The translations under genes and the position numbers were made by a program. From assembly GCF_047617075.1 (NCBI RefSeq), contig NZ_JBLGCI010000015.1, positions 882 through 64,881 of the forward strand: a stretch of 64,000 bases of DNA. Direction: 5' to 3'. The DNA comes from Brevundimonas sp. Its GTDB lineage: Bacteria; Pseudomonadota; Alphaproteobacteria; Caulobacterales; Caulobacteraceae. A model generated the notes under the pieces. That model had not been told where the DNA came from. It searched no databases and worked only from the letters and a program-made list of their open reading frames with translations. Shown piece by piece: positions 51,212-61,885 of this stretch (positions are counted from its first letter, which is position 1; each line of letters starts with the position of its first letter).

Positions 51212-53758
51212 TCAGACGATGAACCGATCCCAAGAACCGTAGTGCTCCTGACTCCGCCGCCCTCGCGGCAAACTGAGCGCCAGGGTCGTCAGTCCGACGA
51301 TCTGGTTCGAGAAGGTTCCTGCCAAGGATCCGCCGTCTATCATCCAAGGCGAGGCGATCAGCCATGCGGCAAAGCCTATGTTTAGGAAGCGGAGGGGACG
51401 TCCGACTTCGGCCATCGCGATGACGGAGACCGTGACCACCAGGGCTCCGATCAGATGATCCGTGTCCGCTAGGGGCGGTTCTGTGCCCAAAACCAGCCTT
51501 GAGAGCATCAGCCAGACGCCCAGCCCTGCGCTGACCACGAGGGTCCACGGAAGCGTCGCGCCCCGCAAAGCGGAAGCGGTCGCCCGTCCCCAGCCATCGG
51601 AAAAGCCCGGCCGCTTGTCGACCGTTCCGCCAGGCAGGGCGTCGCCTCGGAAGAAGGCTCGCCAGAAAGGTCGTCCGCGCCGCGTGTTCAGGACCAGGAA
51701 CTGACCCATCGCCACGAGTTCATCCAGCGAATAGGGGATCATGATCAGCATCGCCGCTGCCGCGAGCAGACAGATCGTGCAGTAGGTTCCTATGGCGATC
51801 GGCTGCATGATGATGAAGTAGATGCTGACCACACCCAAGGGCACGACGACGATGCCGAACAGCACCACCATCCACGGCATGGTCCGCCACCGCGCCCGTC
51901 CGCCCATGGCACCCATCAGTATCTCGGCCATGTAGGTGATGGCGCCCACGCCGCCGTCGGCGACCGGCCAGGCCTTGGACATCGCCGAGGTGATGATGTG
52001 TTCCGTTCCGTTGAGGGGCCCAGGCGCCTCGAAGAACGGCTCCCACACATTGTCGACGTGGCCGAGCTGATAGGCCGTCAGAATTCTGGCTAGCACCAGC
52101 CCGACCACGCCCAGGGCGATGATCGGGATGCGCTGCAGATAGGTCGATGGACAGTAGGTCCAGCCCGGCGGCGTGTCGGTCTCGTCCATCATACCCTCCA
52201 TGCTCATTCCGGGCATCATCGGAATGAGGAGGGTGAGGGCGACGACAAGGGCGCCGACGAGCATGTCGTTGCTGTAGACCGCCGCGCTCGGCGCCCAGAA
52301 CAGGATCCCGGCGCCCAGCAGCCAGACGCCGATGACGGCATTGGCCCACTGCGCCCAGCCGTTCCGGGGAGACATGGAGAAGGCGGCGAACACCATGATC
52401 AGTCCGCCGCAGATCACGTCGTTCCAGCCCGTCAGCGTATTTCTGAAAGCCGCCGGCCACAGGCCGCGATCTTCGGTGACGGACTGTACGGCGGAGGAAA
52501 ACTCGGTTTGGTCGAAGACGCCGAAAACGAAAGGCGCCGTGGCCAGCCAGAGACCCAGTCCCATGGTCAGCCAATGCACCCAGAGCATGCTGAAATGCAT
52601 GCCCTGCATTGACCGGGCGTGATCGGACAGCATCGCCCGGTGCTGTTCGGGCGGGATGGCGTGCGTCTCCGACGCGGCGACTTCGGCCTTGTCGTCCGCC
52701 ACACGGGCCGCGTTTAGCTTGTTGGCGCGATACCAGGCGAACGGATCGGCCTTAAGGCCCGCAACGATGTCCGGAAGACTCTGGCGAAGGCTGTGTCTGG
52801 ACGACCAGCCCAGGTGGGTTCGCGCCGCGGTCAGATCCAGTTCGTAGTGGTCGTCGGAGATGTCGACCATCCAGGGGCGGATGAAAGCGTCTTCATCTAG
52901 AACGGTCTCCGCCCAAACGCCTGCCTTGGCGGCCGTCTTCGGAATGGTGTGAGTTGCCCAAGCTTCGTCGTGGATCAAGCGGCCGAGGTCGCGCTGCAGT
53001 TCGTCATAGGTCATGACGTCGGCCTCGCCGAGTAGGACCGGGAACTCTGTCGGCAGATCGCGTCGCCGGTCGATCACCCGCTCGATGGCGTCGAGCAGGT
53101 CTTCCAAGTGCAACGAAGGTTGTCCCGTGGCGAGGTCGCCCGGATAGACGTGCGAACTCAGGCGCCGTTCGTAGATGCGCGCTATCTGTTGGGCGAGGAA
53201 CGCCGAGTGGCCGCCGTCGTCATAAACGCCCGCCGGGCGCAGGAAAACGGCCGGAATCCGGCCTCGCTTCTCGCGGACGAGGGCTTCAGCGAGAATTTTG
53301 GACTCCCGGTACGGCAAGGCGGCGCTCAGAGACGCCGCCTCGTCGATGGGACGTCCACGCTCCGTGGCTTGGTGAACTAGCATAGTGCTGGAGAAGACGA
53401 ACTGCTCGGCGTTGAAGGCCTTCAACGCTTCGAGCATGCGCTCCGTGCCTCGGACCGTGACTGCCTCGTAGCGGGGGTCAGGGTCCCCGCTGAGGTCAAA
53501 GAAGGCCGCGAGGTGGACCACGGACGCGATCTGCTTGCCGTACCCGGCGCGGACGCGATCGAAGGCGGCCTTGACGCTGGCGTCGTCGGTGAGATCGATG
53601 CACACGCATTCCGCCTCGGCCGGCGGATGGGGCGGCATGTCCCGATCGAAGCCGATGACCCTGAAGCGCTTGGCCAGCCGCTCGACCAGAGCCGAGCCGA
53701 TAAATCCGCTGGAACCGGTGACGATGACCGTCTCGGGGGTTTTGGCAGAGGTCGCCAT
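51212..53758 (-). CDS. Extended SDR (epimerase) - SPW repeat - VKOR-family fusion membrane protein
   Basis: TGSSGFIG, YRESK; His/Met linker; SPW-type helices; VKOR-like PGWTYCPS...GTYCTIC (CxxC). Confidence 0.8.
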   Translation of the reverse strand: MATSAKTPETVIVTGSSGFIGSALVERLAKRFRVIGFDRDMPPHPPAEAECVCIDLTDDASVKAAFDRVRAGYGKQIASVVHLAAFFDLSGDPDPRYEAVTVRGTERMLEALKAFNAEQFVFSSTMLVHQATERGRPIDEAASLSAALPYRESKILAEALVREKRGRIPAVFLRPAGVYDDGGHSAFLAQQIARIYERRLSSHVYPGDLATGQPSLHLEDLLDAIERVIDRRRDLPTEFPVLLGEADVMTYDELQRDLGRLIHDEAWATHTIPKTAAKAGVWAETVLDEDAFIRPWMVDISDDHYELDLTAARTHLGWSSRHSLRQSLPDIVAGLKADPFAWYRANKLNAARVADDKAEVAASETHAIPPEQHRAMLSDHARSMQGMHFSMLWVHWLTMGLGLWLATAPFVFGVFDQTEFSSAVQSVTEDRGLWPAAFRNTLTGWNDVICGGLIMVFAAFSMSPRNGWAQWANAVIGVWLLGAGILFWAPSAAVYSNDMLVGALVVALTLLIPMMPGMSMEGMMDETDTPPGWTYCPSTYLQRIPIIALGVVGLVLARILTAYQLGHVDNVWEPFFEAPGPLNGTEHIITSAMSKAWPVADGGVGAITYMAEILMGAMGGRARWRTMPWMVVLFGIVVVPLGVVSIYFIIMQPIAIGTYCTICLLAAAAMLIMIPYSLDELVAMGQFLVLNTRRGRPFWRAFFRGDALPGGTVDKRPGFSDGWGRATASALRGATLPWTLVVSAGLGVWLMLSRLVLGTEPPLADTDHLIGALVVTVSVIAMAEVGRPLRFLNIGFAAWLIASPWMIDGGSLAGTFSNQIVGLTTLALSLPRGRRSQEHYGSWDRFIV

Positions 53759-53883
53759 CAACGCCTGCTGAACAAATATTTGATCAAGCAAGCTATGGCG
53801 AGAATCAGGGCGATGACGACCAGTAGTCCTACCAGCCCCATACCGCTCATCATCGAGCCGGCATCCATCATACCGTTCATCAT
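53758..53883 (-). CDS. 41-aa Met-rich single-TM peptide (not in ORF track)
   Basis: GAGGAGG RBS; MMNGMMDAGSMMSGMGLVGLLVVIALILAIACLIKYLFSRR; TGATG coupling to the downstream gene. Confidence 0.7.
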   Translation of the reverse strand: MMNGMMDAGSMMSGMGLVGLLVVIALILAIACLIKYLFSRR

Positions 53884-53993
53884 GGTTAAGCCTCCTCGTA
53901 GACTAAAGTCCGCAAGTCTGCGTCAAGGTTCCCTCAGATCGATTTGGGCGACCGGCCTATTGCCGAACCTTCGGCGCAACGGGCCGGTCGACG

Positions 53994-54362
53994 TCACTCG
54001 GGTCGAATGGCCGTGATCTCGTTGACGCCGTCGCGGACGGAGACATCGAACGCGATGCGCTCGCCTGTCTCGGCGGATTCCGCTACGGCGGGCGAAGCGG
54101 TGAAGCGCATGGTCATCGCCGGCCAGCCGACGCCGGGGATAGGTCCATGATCGACGGTTATCGTGCCGGCGTCCGGGTCAATGGCGGTGACTACGCCGGT
54201 CCCGGTCCCGGTCTGCGCGCCGGCGTCAGCCGTCATCGGTATAGTCGCTACGTCAGCTTCTCCCGTCGCTGGCTCTTCGGTCGAGGCCAGCGTCTCCTGC
54301 GGTTGGTTGCAAGCCGCCAGGCCGAGCGCCATACCCGTCGCCAGGATCAATGAGTATTTCAT
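53994..54362 (-). CDS. cusF: CusF-family copper-binding lipoprotein
   Basis: Lipobox LAAC; ITVDHGPIPGVGWPAMTMRF (H-W-M-M). Confidence 0.88.
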   Translation of the reverse strand: MKYSLILATGMALGLAACNQPQETLASTEEPATGEADVATIPMTADAGAQTGTGTGVVTAIDPDAGTITVDHGPIPGVGWPAMTMRFTASPAVAESAETGERIAFDVSVRDGVNEITAIRPE

Positions 54363-54374
54363 GGGAAAATCTCC

Positions 54375-57300
54375 TCAGGTTGAAAGGGTCTGATCGAGTT
54401 TGCGCCGCCGGAGCAGCAGATAGCCCGCCGGGATAACGAGCATGGACAGCAAAGGCGCCGTCACCATGCCGCCGATGACCGGAGCAGCGATGCGGCTCAT
54501 GATCTCCGATCCGGCCCCGTGACCGATCAGGATCGGGAACAGGCCGGCGAGGATGACCGCCACGGTCATGGCCTTGGGGCGAACGCGCAACAGCGCGCCC
54601 TCACGCACGGCCGCTTCCACAGCGGCGCGGTCCGGGTTGTCTCCCCGGGCCTTCAGCGCCTGTTTCAGGTAGATCAGCATGACCACGCCGAACTCGGCCG
54701 ACAGTCCGGCCAAGGCGATGAAGCCGACCGAGGTCGCCACCGACTGGTGATAGTCCAGCAGGTAGAGCGTCCAGACGCCGCCGGTCAGGGCGAACGGCAA
54801 GGTCGCCATGATCAGCGCCGCCTCGTCCAGCCGGCCGAAGGTCAGATAGAGCAGCAGGAAGATGATCGCCAGGGTCGCCGGGACGACGATCTTCAGCCGC
54901 TCCGCCGCGCGCTGGAGATATTCGAACTGCCCGGAGTAGGCGATGCTGACGCCCGGGGTCAGCTCCACCTCGTCGGCCACCGCGGCCTGCAGGTCGCCCA
55001 CCACCGAGGCCAGGTCGCGGCCGCGAACGTCGATATAGACCCAGGTGGTCGGCCGGCCGTTCTCCGACTTCAGCATCGGCGGGCCGTCCGCGACATCCAG
55101 CGACGCGACCGAGCCCAGGGTGATCTGCTGTCCCGACGGGGTCAGGATCGGCAAGGCCCGAAGCTCCGCCAGGCTGTCGCGGATTTCGCGCGGATAGCGC
55201 ACGCTGATCGGGTAACGCGCCACGCCCTCGACGGTCTGGCCGATGGTCTCTCCACCCACCGCCCCGGACACGATGGACTGCACATCGGCGATGTTGAGGC
55301 CGTACCGGCCGGCCGCTAGGCGGTCGATGTCGACGTCGATGTAGCGGCCGCCGGTCAGACGCTCGGCGAAGGCGGAGCTGACGCCCGGAACAGCGCCGGC
55401 GACGTCGGCGACCTGCTGGGCGATCCGGTCGATCTCGGCGAGATCGGCGCCGGAAACCTTGACGCCGATGGGGCTCTTGATGCCGGTCGCGAGCATGTCG
55501 ATCCGGTTGCGGATCGGAGGCACCCAGACGTTGGTCAGGCCCGGGACCTGGACGGCGCGATCCAGCTCCTCGACCAGCCGGTCCGGCGTCATGCCGGGAC
55601 GCCACTCATCGCGTGGCTTGAAGCGGATCGTCGTCTCGAACATCACCAGCGGCGCCGGATCGGTGGCGGTGTCCGCCCGCCCGGCCTTGCCGAACACGCT
55701 TTCGACCTCCGGCACGGTCGCGATCATCCGGTCGGTCTGCTGCAGAAGCTCGGACGCCTTGGCGGCCGACAGGCCCGGCAGCGCGGTGGGCATGTACAGC
55801 AGATCGCCCTCGTCCATCGGCGGCATGAACTCCCCGCCCAGCTGACTCAAGGGCCAGGCGGCGGTGGCGAAGGCGATCAGGGCCATCAGCAGGGTCGCCC
55901 GTGGCCGCCGCAAGACCCAGTCGAGCGGTCTCCGATAGACGAAAACAAGCGCCCGGTTGATCGGGTTGCTGTGCTCGGCCGGGATGCGTCCGCGGATAAG
56001 AAATCCCATCAGCACCGGCACGAGGGTGATGGAGAGGATGGCCGCCGCCCCCATGGCGTAGCTCTTGGTGAAGGCCAGGGGCGAAAACAGCCGCCCCTCC
56101 TGCGCCTGCAAGGTGAACACCGGCACGAACGACAGGGTGATGATCACCAGGCTGAGGAACAGCGCCGGCCCCACCTCGACGGCGGCCTCGGTGATCACCC
56201 GCCAGCGCGCCTCGCCCTTAAGCCGGTCGTCCGGATGATCGTGTTCCCATCGCTCGATGTGCTTGTGGGCGTTCTCGATCATGACCACCGCCGCGTCGAC
56301 CATGGCGCCGATGGCGATGGCGATGCCGCCCAGCGACATGATGTTGGCGTTGACCCCCTGCAGATGCATCAGGATGAAGGCCGCCAGCACGCCGAGCGGC
56401 AGGGTCAGGATCGCGACCAGCGCCGAGCGGGCGTGCCACAGGAACAGTCCGCAGACGATGGCGACGACCACGAACTCCTCGATCAGCTTGGTGCTGAGGT
56501 TCTCGATCGCGCGATCGATGAGTTCGGACCGGTCGTAGACCGGAACCACCTCGACCCCGGGCGGCAGGCCCGACTTGAGCGTCTCGAGCCGTTCCTGCAC
56601 CGCCGCGATGACGGACCGCGCATTGCCGCCGGATCGCAGGATCACAACCCCGCCGACCACCTCGCCCTCGCCGTTCAGCTCGGCGATCCCGCGGCGCATC
56701 TCCGGCCCGATCTGGACCGTGGCGACGTCGCCGAGCTGAACCGGAACGCCGCCGGCCGCCGCCCGGATCGGGACGGCGCGAAAGTCGTCCAGGTCGGTCA
56801 GGTAGCCGTTGGCGCGGACCATGTATTCGGTTTCCGCCAGCTCGAGCACGGAGCCGCCAGTCTCGGCGTTGCCCTGCCTGATGGCCTCCACCACCGCCTG
56901 GTGGGTGACGCCGAAGGCGGCGAGCTTCACCGGGTCGAGCACGACCTGATATTGGCGGACCATGCCGCCGATGGTGGCGACCTCGGCCACGCCGGGCACG
57001 GTCTTCAGCTCGTAGCGCAGGAACCAGTCCTGCAGGCTGCGCAACTGGGACAGATCGTGCCGGCCGGTTCGGTCGACCAGGGCGTATTCGTAGATCCAGC
57101 CCACCCCCGTCGCGTCCGGGCCCAGCGCCGGCCTCGCCGTCTCGGGCAATCGCGACTGGACCTGGCTGAGGTATTCGAGAACCCGCGACCGGGCCCAGTA
57201 GAGATCGGTTCCCTCATCGAACAGGACATAGACGTAGCTGTCGCCGAAGAACGAATAGCCCCTCACCGTGCGGGCGCCGGGCACCGACAGCATGGTCGTG

Positions 57301-57509
57301 GCCAAGGGATAGGTGACCTGGTTCTCGACGATCTGCGGCGCCTGGCCGGGATAGGCTGTCCGGATGATGACCTGGACGTCCGACAGGTCCGGCAAGGCGT
57401 CGACGGGCGTGCTGCGAACGGCCCAAAGCCCGCCCGCCAGCAGGGCGAGCGCGGCCAGCAGGACGAAAATCCGCGCCCGGACCGACGCGCGAATGACGGC
57501 GGCGATCAT
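54375..57509 (-). CDS. cusA: CusA/SilA-family heavy-metal RND transporter
   Basis: [67 protein letters not shown]. Confidence 0.93.
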   Translation of the reverse strand: MIAAVIRASVRARIFVLLAALALLAGGLWAVRSTPVDALPDLSDVQVIIRTAYPGQAPQIVENQVTYPLATTMLSVPGARTVRGYSFFGDSYVYVLFDEGTDLYWARSRVLEYLSQVQSRLPETARPALGPDATGVGWIYEYALVDRTGRHDLSQLRSLQDWFLRYELKTVPGVAEVATIGGMVRQYQVVLDPVKLAAFGVTHQAVVEAIRQGNAETGGSVLELAETEYMVRANGYLTDLDDFRAVPIRAAAGGVPVQLGDVATVQIGPEMRRGIAELNGEGEVVGGVVILRSGGNARSVIAAVQERLETLKSGLPPGVEVVPVYDRSELIDRAIENLSTKLIEEFVVVAIVCGLFLWHARSALVAILTLPLGVLAAFILMHLQGVNANIMSLGGIAIAIGAMVDAAVVMIENAHKHIERWEHDHPDDRLKGEARWRVITEAAVEVGPALFLSLVIITLSFVPVFTLQAQEGRLFSPLAFTKSYAMGAAAILSITLVPVLMGFLIRGRIPAEHSNPINRALVFVYRRPLDWVLRRPRATLLMALIAFATAAWPLSQLGGEFMPPMDEGDLLYMPTALPGLSAAKASELLQQTDRMIATVPEVESVFGKAGRADTATDPAPLVMFETTIRFKPRDEWRPGMTPDRLVEELDRAVQVPGLTNVWVPPIRNRIDMLATGIKSPIGVKVSGADLAEIDRIAQQVADVAGAVPGVSSAFAERLTGGRYIDVDIDRLAAGRYGLNIADVQSIVSGAVGGETIGQTVEGVARYPISVRYPREIRDSLAELRALPILTPSGQQITLGSVASLDVADGPPMLKSENGRPTTWVYIDVRGRDLASVVGDLQAAVADEVELTPGVSIAYSGQFEYLQRAAERLKIVVPATLAIIFLLLYLTFGRLDEAALIMATLPFALTGGVWTLYLLDYHQSVATSVGFIALAGLSAEFGVVMLIYLKQALKARGDNPDRAAVEAAVREGALLRVRPKAMTVAVILAGLFPILIGHGAGSEIMSRIAAPVIGGMVTAPLLSMLVIPAGYLLLRRRKLDQTLST

Positions 57510-58978
57510 CGGGTTGCTTCCTTGCGGGTCAGGCTGCGCACCGTCGGTTCGCTGTCCGCCGCCTCGAAGGTGAAGTCCACCTGGTCGCCGATCGATACGT
57601 CCTGATCGACCGTCTCCGGAATCCGGAAGGTCATGGTCATCGCCGGCCACTGCAACGCCGGCACCGGTCCGTGGGCGAGGGTTATGGTCCCCTCCCCGAT
57701 CGCCTGGACCCGTCCGCTGGCCCGGTGGATGGCCGGTCCGTCGGCGGCCGCGGCCTGGTCGAGGTTGCGCGCCTCCACGCCCGACAGGCTGGCTTCCGAA
57801 TCCAGCAGGAACTGCCCGGACGCGACCACCCGCTCGCCTTCATTGAGTCCGGCGAGGATCTGCGTCTGCCCGCCGGCTTCGCGCCCGACCCGGACCTCTG
57901 CGGGTTGATAGCGGCCGCCCTCCAGCGCGAGCATGACGAGCGTCCGCCGGCCGGTCCGGATCACCGCCTCGGACGGTACGAGCAGGGTGGTCCCGGACTC
58001 GCCGCCGAAGACGATCTGCCCGTACATGCCCGGCCGCAGCCGACCTCCACGATTGGTCATCTCGATGCGGGCCGTCACGGTCCGGCTGTCGCCCGCGATT
58101 TCCGGCAACAGGGCGGTCAGCCGCCCCGTCATCCGCTCGCCGGGGAAGGCCGCCAGCGTCACCCCGACGGTGCGCCCGACGCGCAGGCGGCCCGCCATGG
58201 CTTCGGGTATCGCTGCGTTGAGCCACACGGTCGAAAGCCCATTGATCTCGGCCAGGGTCATGCCGGCGGGCACGCTCATCCCGGCCCTGACGCCGAGCGT
58301 GCGAATGGCGCCGCCGATCGGGCTGGACACCGTCACCGTCGTCCGGGGCCGGCCCGAGCGCTCGACCGCAGCGACCAGGCTTTCGGGCATGCCCAGCAGG
58401 ATGAGGCGTTGGCGCGCAGCGGCCGTGAGGGCCGCATCTCCCGTGCGCCGGAGCGCGAGATACTCGAGCTGGGCGCCGCCCCACTCAGGCACGAGCAGAT
58501 CGACCAGCGGCGCGCCGGCCCGGATGACGTCGCCGGGCGCGCGGTCATAGACGCGTTCGACGAAGCCGGCGGCGCGAGCCTGGACGACGGCCACGTCGCG
58601 CGCGTTGAAATCGACGACGGCCGTCGCCGCGACATCGCCCTCCAGGGTTCCTGATCGAACCGTGGCGAAGCGGGCGCCGAGCGACTGGACGAGAGCGGGA
58701 TCGATGCGAACGCCGGCCCCGGTGTCCGAGGCCTCGTCGGCGTATCGGGGGACCAGGTCCATATCCATGTAGGGGGACTTGCCCGGCCGGTCGAACCGCT
58801 GGTCCGGGACCATGGGATCGTACCAGTAGAGCACCTCGCGCTCGCCCGACGCGGCTTCGGGCGCCTCCGCGCGATCCGCCCCAGGTCTGGAGAGTCCCCA
58901 TCCGAGGCCGGCGCCGATGATGATCAGACCGGCGGCGGCCGTCGCCCACCGGAGATGGTTGCGCTCGAGCCGGATCAT
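57506..58978 (-). CDS. cusB: CusB-family adaptor with N-terminal heavy-metal-binding motif and C-terminal CusF-like domain
   Basis: [19 protein letters not shown]; LRPGMY; [13 protein letters not shown]; [16 protein letters not shown]. Confidence 0.9.
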   Translation of the reverse strand: MIRLERNHLRWATAAAGLIIIGAGLGWGLSRPGADRAEAPEAASGEREVLYWYDPMVPDQRFDRPGKSPYMDMDLVPRYADEASDTGAGVRIDPALVQSLGARFATVRSGTLEGDVAATAVVDFNARDVAVVQARAAGFVERVYDRAPGDVIRAGAPLVDLLVPEWGGAQLEYLALRRTGDAALTAAARQRLILLGMPESLVAAVERSGRPRTTVTVSSPIGGAIRTLGVRAGMSVPAGMTLAEINGLSTVWLNAAIPEAMAGRLRVGRTVGVTLAAFPGERMTGRLTALLPEIAGDSRTVTARIEMTNRGGRLRPGMYGQIVFGGESGTTLLVPSEAVIRTGRRTLVMLALEGGRYQPAEVRVGREAGGQTQILAGLNEGERVVASGQFLLDSEASLSGVEARNLDQAAAADGPAIHRASGRVQAIGEGTITLAHGPVPALQWPAMTMTFRIPETVDQDVSIGDQVDFTFEAADSEPTVRSLTRKEATR

Positions 58979-60246
58979 TGGCCGCTCCCGTAGGTCAGGG
59001 TGATCTGGACGGCGAGCCGCGCCACCTCGGCTTCCCGGTCCAGGGCGTCGAGGCGGGCATTGGCCAGGGCGGTAAAGGCGTCGATGACCCCGGACATGTC
59101 CGCGGAGCCGGCCGCATAGCCGGCGGTCTCGACATCGGCGCGGGAGCGCAGGTTGGGCAGGACCACGTCCCTCGCCCGGATCCAGCGCGTTCGCGCCGAT
59201 TCGTACCGGGCCAGATCGCCCTGGAGCTCCGCCGAGAGGGCGCGCTCGAGCGCCTCACGCTCGGCGGCGACGCGTCGCGCATCGGCTGCGCGGGCGGTGA
59301 TCAGCGGCGCCTGTCGTGTCGATTGAAACAGCGGGAGGCGGACGCTGGCGCCGACGGAGACGAGATCGCCGAACATCGGGTCGCGGCGCGAATAACCCAC
59401 CTCGAACGACCAGTCGGGCCGCCGGCCCGCGCGGGCCAGATCGACATCCGCCTCGGCGCGCTCGGCGGCGGCGCGGTAGGCCCGCAGGGGCGGCAGGTCC
59501 GCAAGGCTGATGCGCCGGGCGGTCGGATCGAGATCGATGTCCGGCGGCGGGCCGTCCGTTGTCGGCGCCGGATCGCCGGTCCAGCGCGAAAGTCCAGCGC
59601 GCGCCTCGGCGATGTTCGCGTCCAGGCCGTCGCGCCTGTCCTCAAGATCGGCCTTCAACTCCACAGGTCCGAGGGCCTGGGCCGGGCGGAGCCGGGATGA
59701 CGCCACCGCGGCGGGCGCCGCCTCCCAGAGCGGCTCGAGCGACGCCAGAAGCTCATCGAGGACGGCCAGCCGGCGCTCGGCGTAGTGCAGATCAATCCAG
59801 GCCTGGCCGGCGGCGATGCGCACCTCCCAGAGGGTGGTCGCCGCCCTCGCCCGGGCCACGTCGACATCCGCCCCGGCGACTTCACGTTCGGCGCGCCGGC
59901 GCGCCCGGCTTGGAACATCCTGCTGAACGCCGACCTGAAACATGGTCATCGCGCTCTCGTCGAACCGGCCGGCCGAAGGACCCGACACCGGATAGTTGCT
60001 CAGGCCGACGCGCAGGCGGGGATCCGGCAGCCGACCGGCGGCGATCGCAGAGGCCCGGGCGGCGTCCACGCCCAGTTCGCTGGCGCGCAGGGACGGCGCG
60101 TCCGAGCTGGCCTCCAAGGCCTGTTCGAACGTCAGAGGTTCAGCCTGGACCGAGCCTGCGATGAGCAAGGCGCAGCCGCCGAACGATGCGGCGCGGAGCC
60201 AGAGCGGCGCGCCGCGGCGCGCCCGACCGGCAGATGATTTTAACAC
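58975..60246 (-). CDS. TolC-family outer membrane protein (CusC position)
   Basis: Signal peptide, GRLPDPRL, RPDWSFEVGYSRR, VRLPLF; GTG start. Confidence 0.82.
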   Translation of the reverse strand: MLKSSAGRARRGAPLWLRAASFGGCALLIAGSVQAEPLTFEQALEASSDAPSLRASELGVDAARASAIAAGRLPDPRLRVGLSNYPVSGPSAGRFDESAMTMFQVGVQQDVPSRARRRAEREVAGADVDVARARAATTLWEVRIAAGQAWIDLHYAERRLAVLDELLASLEPLWEAAPAAVASSRLRPAQALGPVELKADLEDRRDGLDANIAEARAGLSRWTGDPAPTTDGPPPDIDLDPTARRISLADLPPLRAYRAAAERAEADVDLARAGRRPDWSFEVGYSRRDPMFGDLVSVGASVRLPLFQSTRQAPLITARAADARRVAAEREALERALSAELQGDLARYESARTRWIRARDVVLPNLRSRADVETAGYAAGSADMSGVIDAFTALANARLDALDREAEVARLAVQITLTYGSGQ

Positions 60247-60346
60247 GACAAGGAACTCCGAAACCCTCGGACCCGTCGCCGTCAGGCTACGGGTTCAGCT
60301 GCTCGAATGGTCGGCGTCCAATGGTGCGCCGCCCGCGAAGACAGTG

Positions 60347-60706
60347 TCAGGGCTGGAGTCTGGGAGGATCTCGAAGCGGACACGGGGTCGTCCCCGTCAG
60401 GCGCGTCACCACCCGGTCGTAGGCCGCTGGTGCGCCCACCGACGGATGAGACAGTATCGATTCAGGCCTCAGCACCGGCGAAACCGCCGTGCATCCCATC
60501 TGGACCATGCACTCCGGCGTCATCTCGTCGCACGGCATGCGTTTCCCGTCTGATGGGTCGGCTTGGTCCATCGCCATTTCCGCGCAGTCCGAGGACATCT
60601 CGACCGCGTCGGCAGCGACAGGCAACGGAGCGGCGCGCGCCATCGACTGGTCAAGAAAGCCAACGAACGCCAAGGCGATGATGAATGTGCGGATGACATT
60701 CCACAT
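60347..60706 (-). CDS. Small exported Cys/Met protein preceding the cus operon (DUF2946/CopL-like)
   Basis: Signal segment, DCAEMAM, CDEMTPECMVQMGC, C-terminal LRDPPR. Confidence 0.65.
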   Translation of the reverse strand: MWNVIRTFIIALAFVGFLDQSMARAAPLPVAADAVEMSSDCAEMAMDQADPSDGKRMPCDEMTPECMVQMGCTAVSPVLRPESILSHPSVGAPAAYDRVVTRLTGTTPCPLRDPPRLQP

Positions 60707-60954
60707 GCGGAAGACCTTAGCACGACCGGTTGACGGGCGCAACTCGGTCCGGCGGCTGAGCAGGCGACGGACGCTCCGTTCGCGGCGGAATAGGCGGGAA
60801 AGCCGGGGCCGCGTCAGCGGTCCCGGCGCCCGTTATCCGACAAGGCCAGACGCTCGCGCCGCCGTCGGCGGGGCTCGCGGATGAATAGGGAACGCCAGGC
60901 GCGGGAACAGCGGCAATCGGTCTGACTTGTTCCGGGAACCGTGAGGAGCTTCCC

Positions 60955-61368
60955 ATGCATATCCAACCGATGATCAACAGCCACCCCGACGTGCGAGGCG
61001 ACGTCAACGACTCCCTCGTTCGCGCCATCGAGGCCGCCTACGGCTGCGCCGCCGTCTGCCGCATTTGCGCCGACGCCTGCCTGGCCGAGAAGATAGTGGC
61101 GGACCTGACCCAGTGCATCCGCCTGAACCTGGACTGCGCCGATGTCTGTCTCGTCACGGGCGGTCTGGCCGCGCGGCGCGCGGGCGGCAATGAGGCCCTC
61201 ATCAAGCGCATGTTGGAAGCCTGCGCCCAGGCCTGTGCCGACTGCGCCGCCGAATGCGACAAGCACGCCGACAAGCACGAGCACTGCCGCCTCTGCGCCG
61301 ACGAATGCTGCCGCTGCGAAGAGGCCTGTCGCGAGGCCGCCGTCACCATCACCGCGTCCCGACACTGA
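60955..61368 (+). CDS. Four-helix-bundle copper-binding protein (DUF326/Csp3-like), copy 2
   Basis: 17 Cys; about 80% identical to copy 1 by manual alignment (27 differences in 137 aa). Confidence 0.88.
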   Translation: MHIQPMINSHPDVRGDVNDSLVRAIEAAYGCAAVCRICADACLAEKIVADLTQCIRLNLDCADVCLVTGGLAARRAGGNEALIKRMLEACAQACADCAAECDKHADKHEHCRLCADECCRCEEACREAAVTITASRH

Positions 61369-61421
61369 AACGAGCCTCGCATGCGGCGCCGCCTCTGCGC
61401 AAAGGCGTCAACCGACGAAAC

Positions 61422-61811
61422 TCACCCGGCGCCGAGCGCCTCGATGACGGGGCAGCGCGCCTGATCGCCGTCCTCGCAGCCGTCGAGGGCGCGACCCAGC
61501 ACCGTTCCCAGCCGCTCGAGGTCGGCGATCTTCTCATCCACCAATTCCAGATGGCTCCGCATCAAGTCCCGCACAGCCCCGCAGGCTTCAGTCTCGGCAT
61601 CGCTAAGCGCCACGAGATCGCGGATCGTGGGAATCCCAAAGCCCAGATCACGCGCCCGCCGGATGAAGCGCAGTTGCTGGGCCTCCTGCTACCCATAACG
61701 GCGATGACCGTTGCTGGTCCGTCCAGGCGGAGGTAAAAGCCCGATCCGTTCATAATAGCGGATCGTTTCGAGGTGGACCCCCGCCCGCGCCGACAGTTCG
61801 CCGATTTTCAT
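61422..61811 (-). pseudogene. merR: Hg-type MerR regulator with in-frame TAG at codon 41
   Basis: MKIGELSARAGVHLETIRYYERIGLL...HRRYG*QEAQQLRFIRRARDLGF...EAC...GCEDGDQARCPVIEAL; TAG 61691-61689. Confidence 0.82.
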
Positions 61812-61825
61812 CGCACACACCACTC

Positions 61826-61856
61826 TTGAACCCGTAGCCGCTACGGGTTGTAGAGC
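61826..61856 (+). promoter_or_regulatory. mer-type promoter/operator
   Basis: -35 TTGAAC, dyad ACCCGTAG-CCG-CTACGGGT, 19-bp spacer, -10 TAGAGC. Confidence 0.85.
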
Positions 61857-61885
61857 GGGTGACTGGCGCTGAACAGGAGCTGCCG

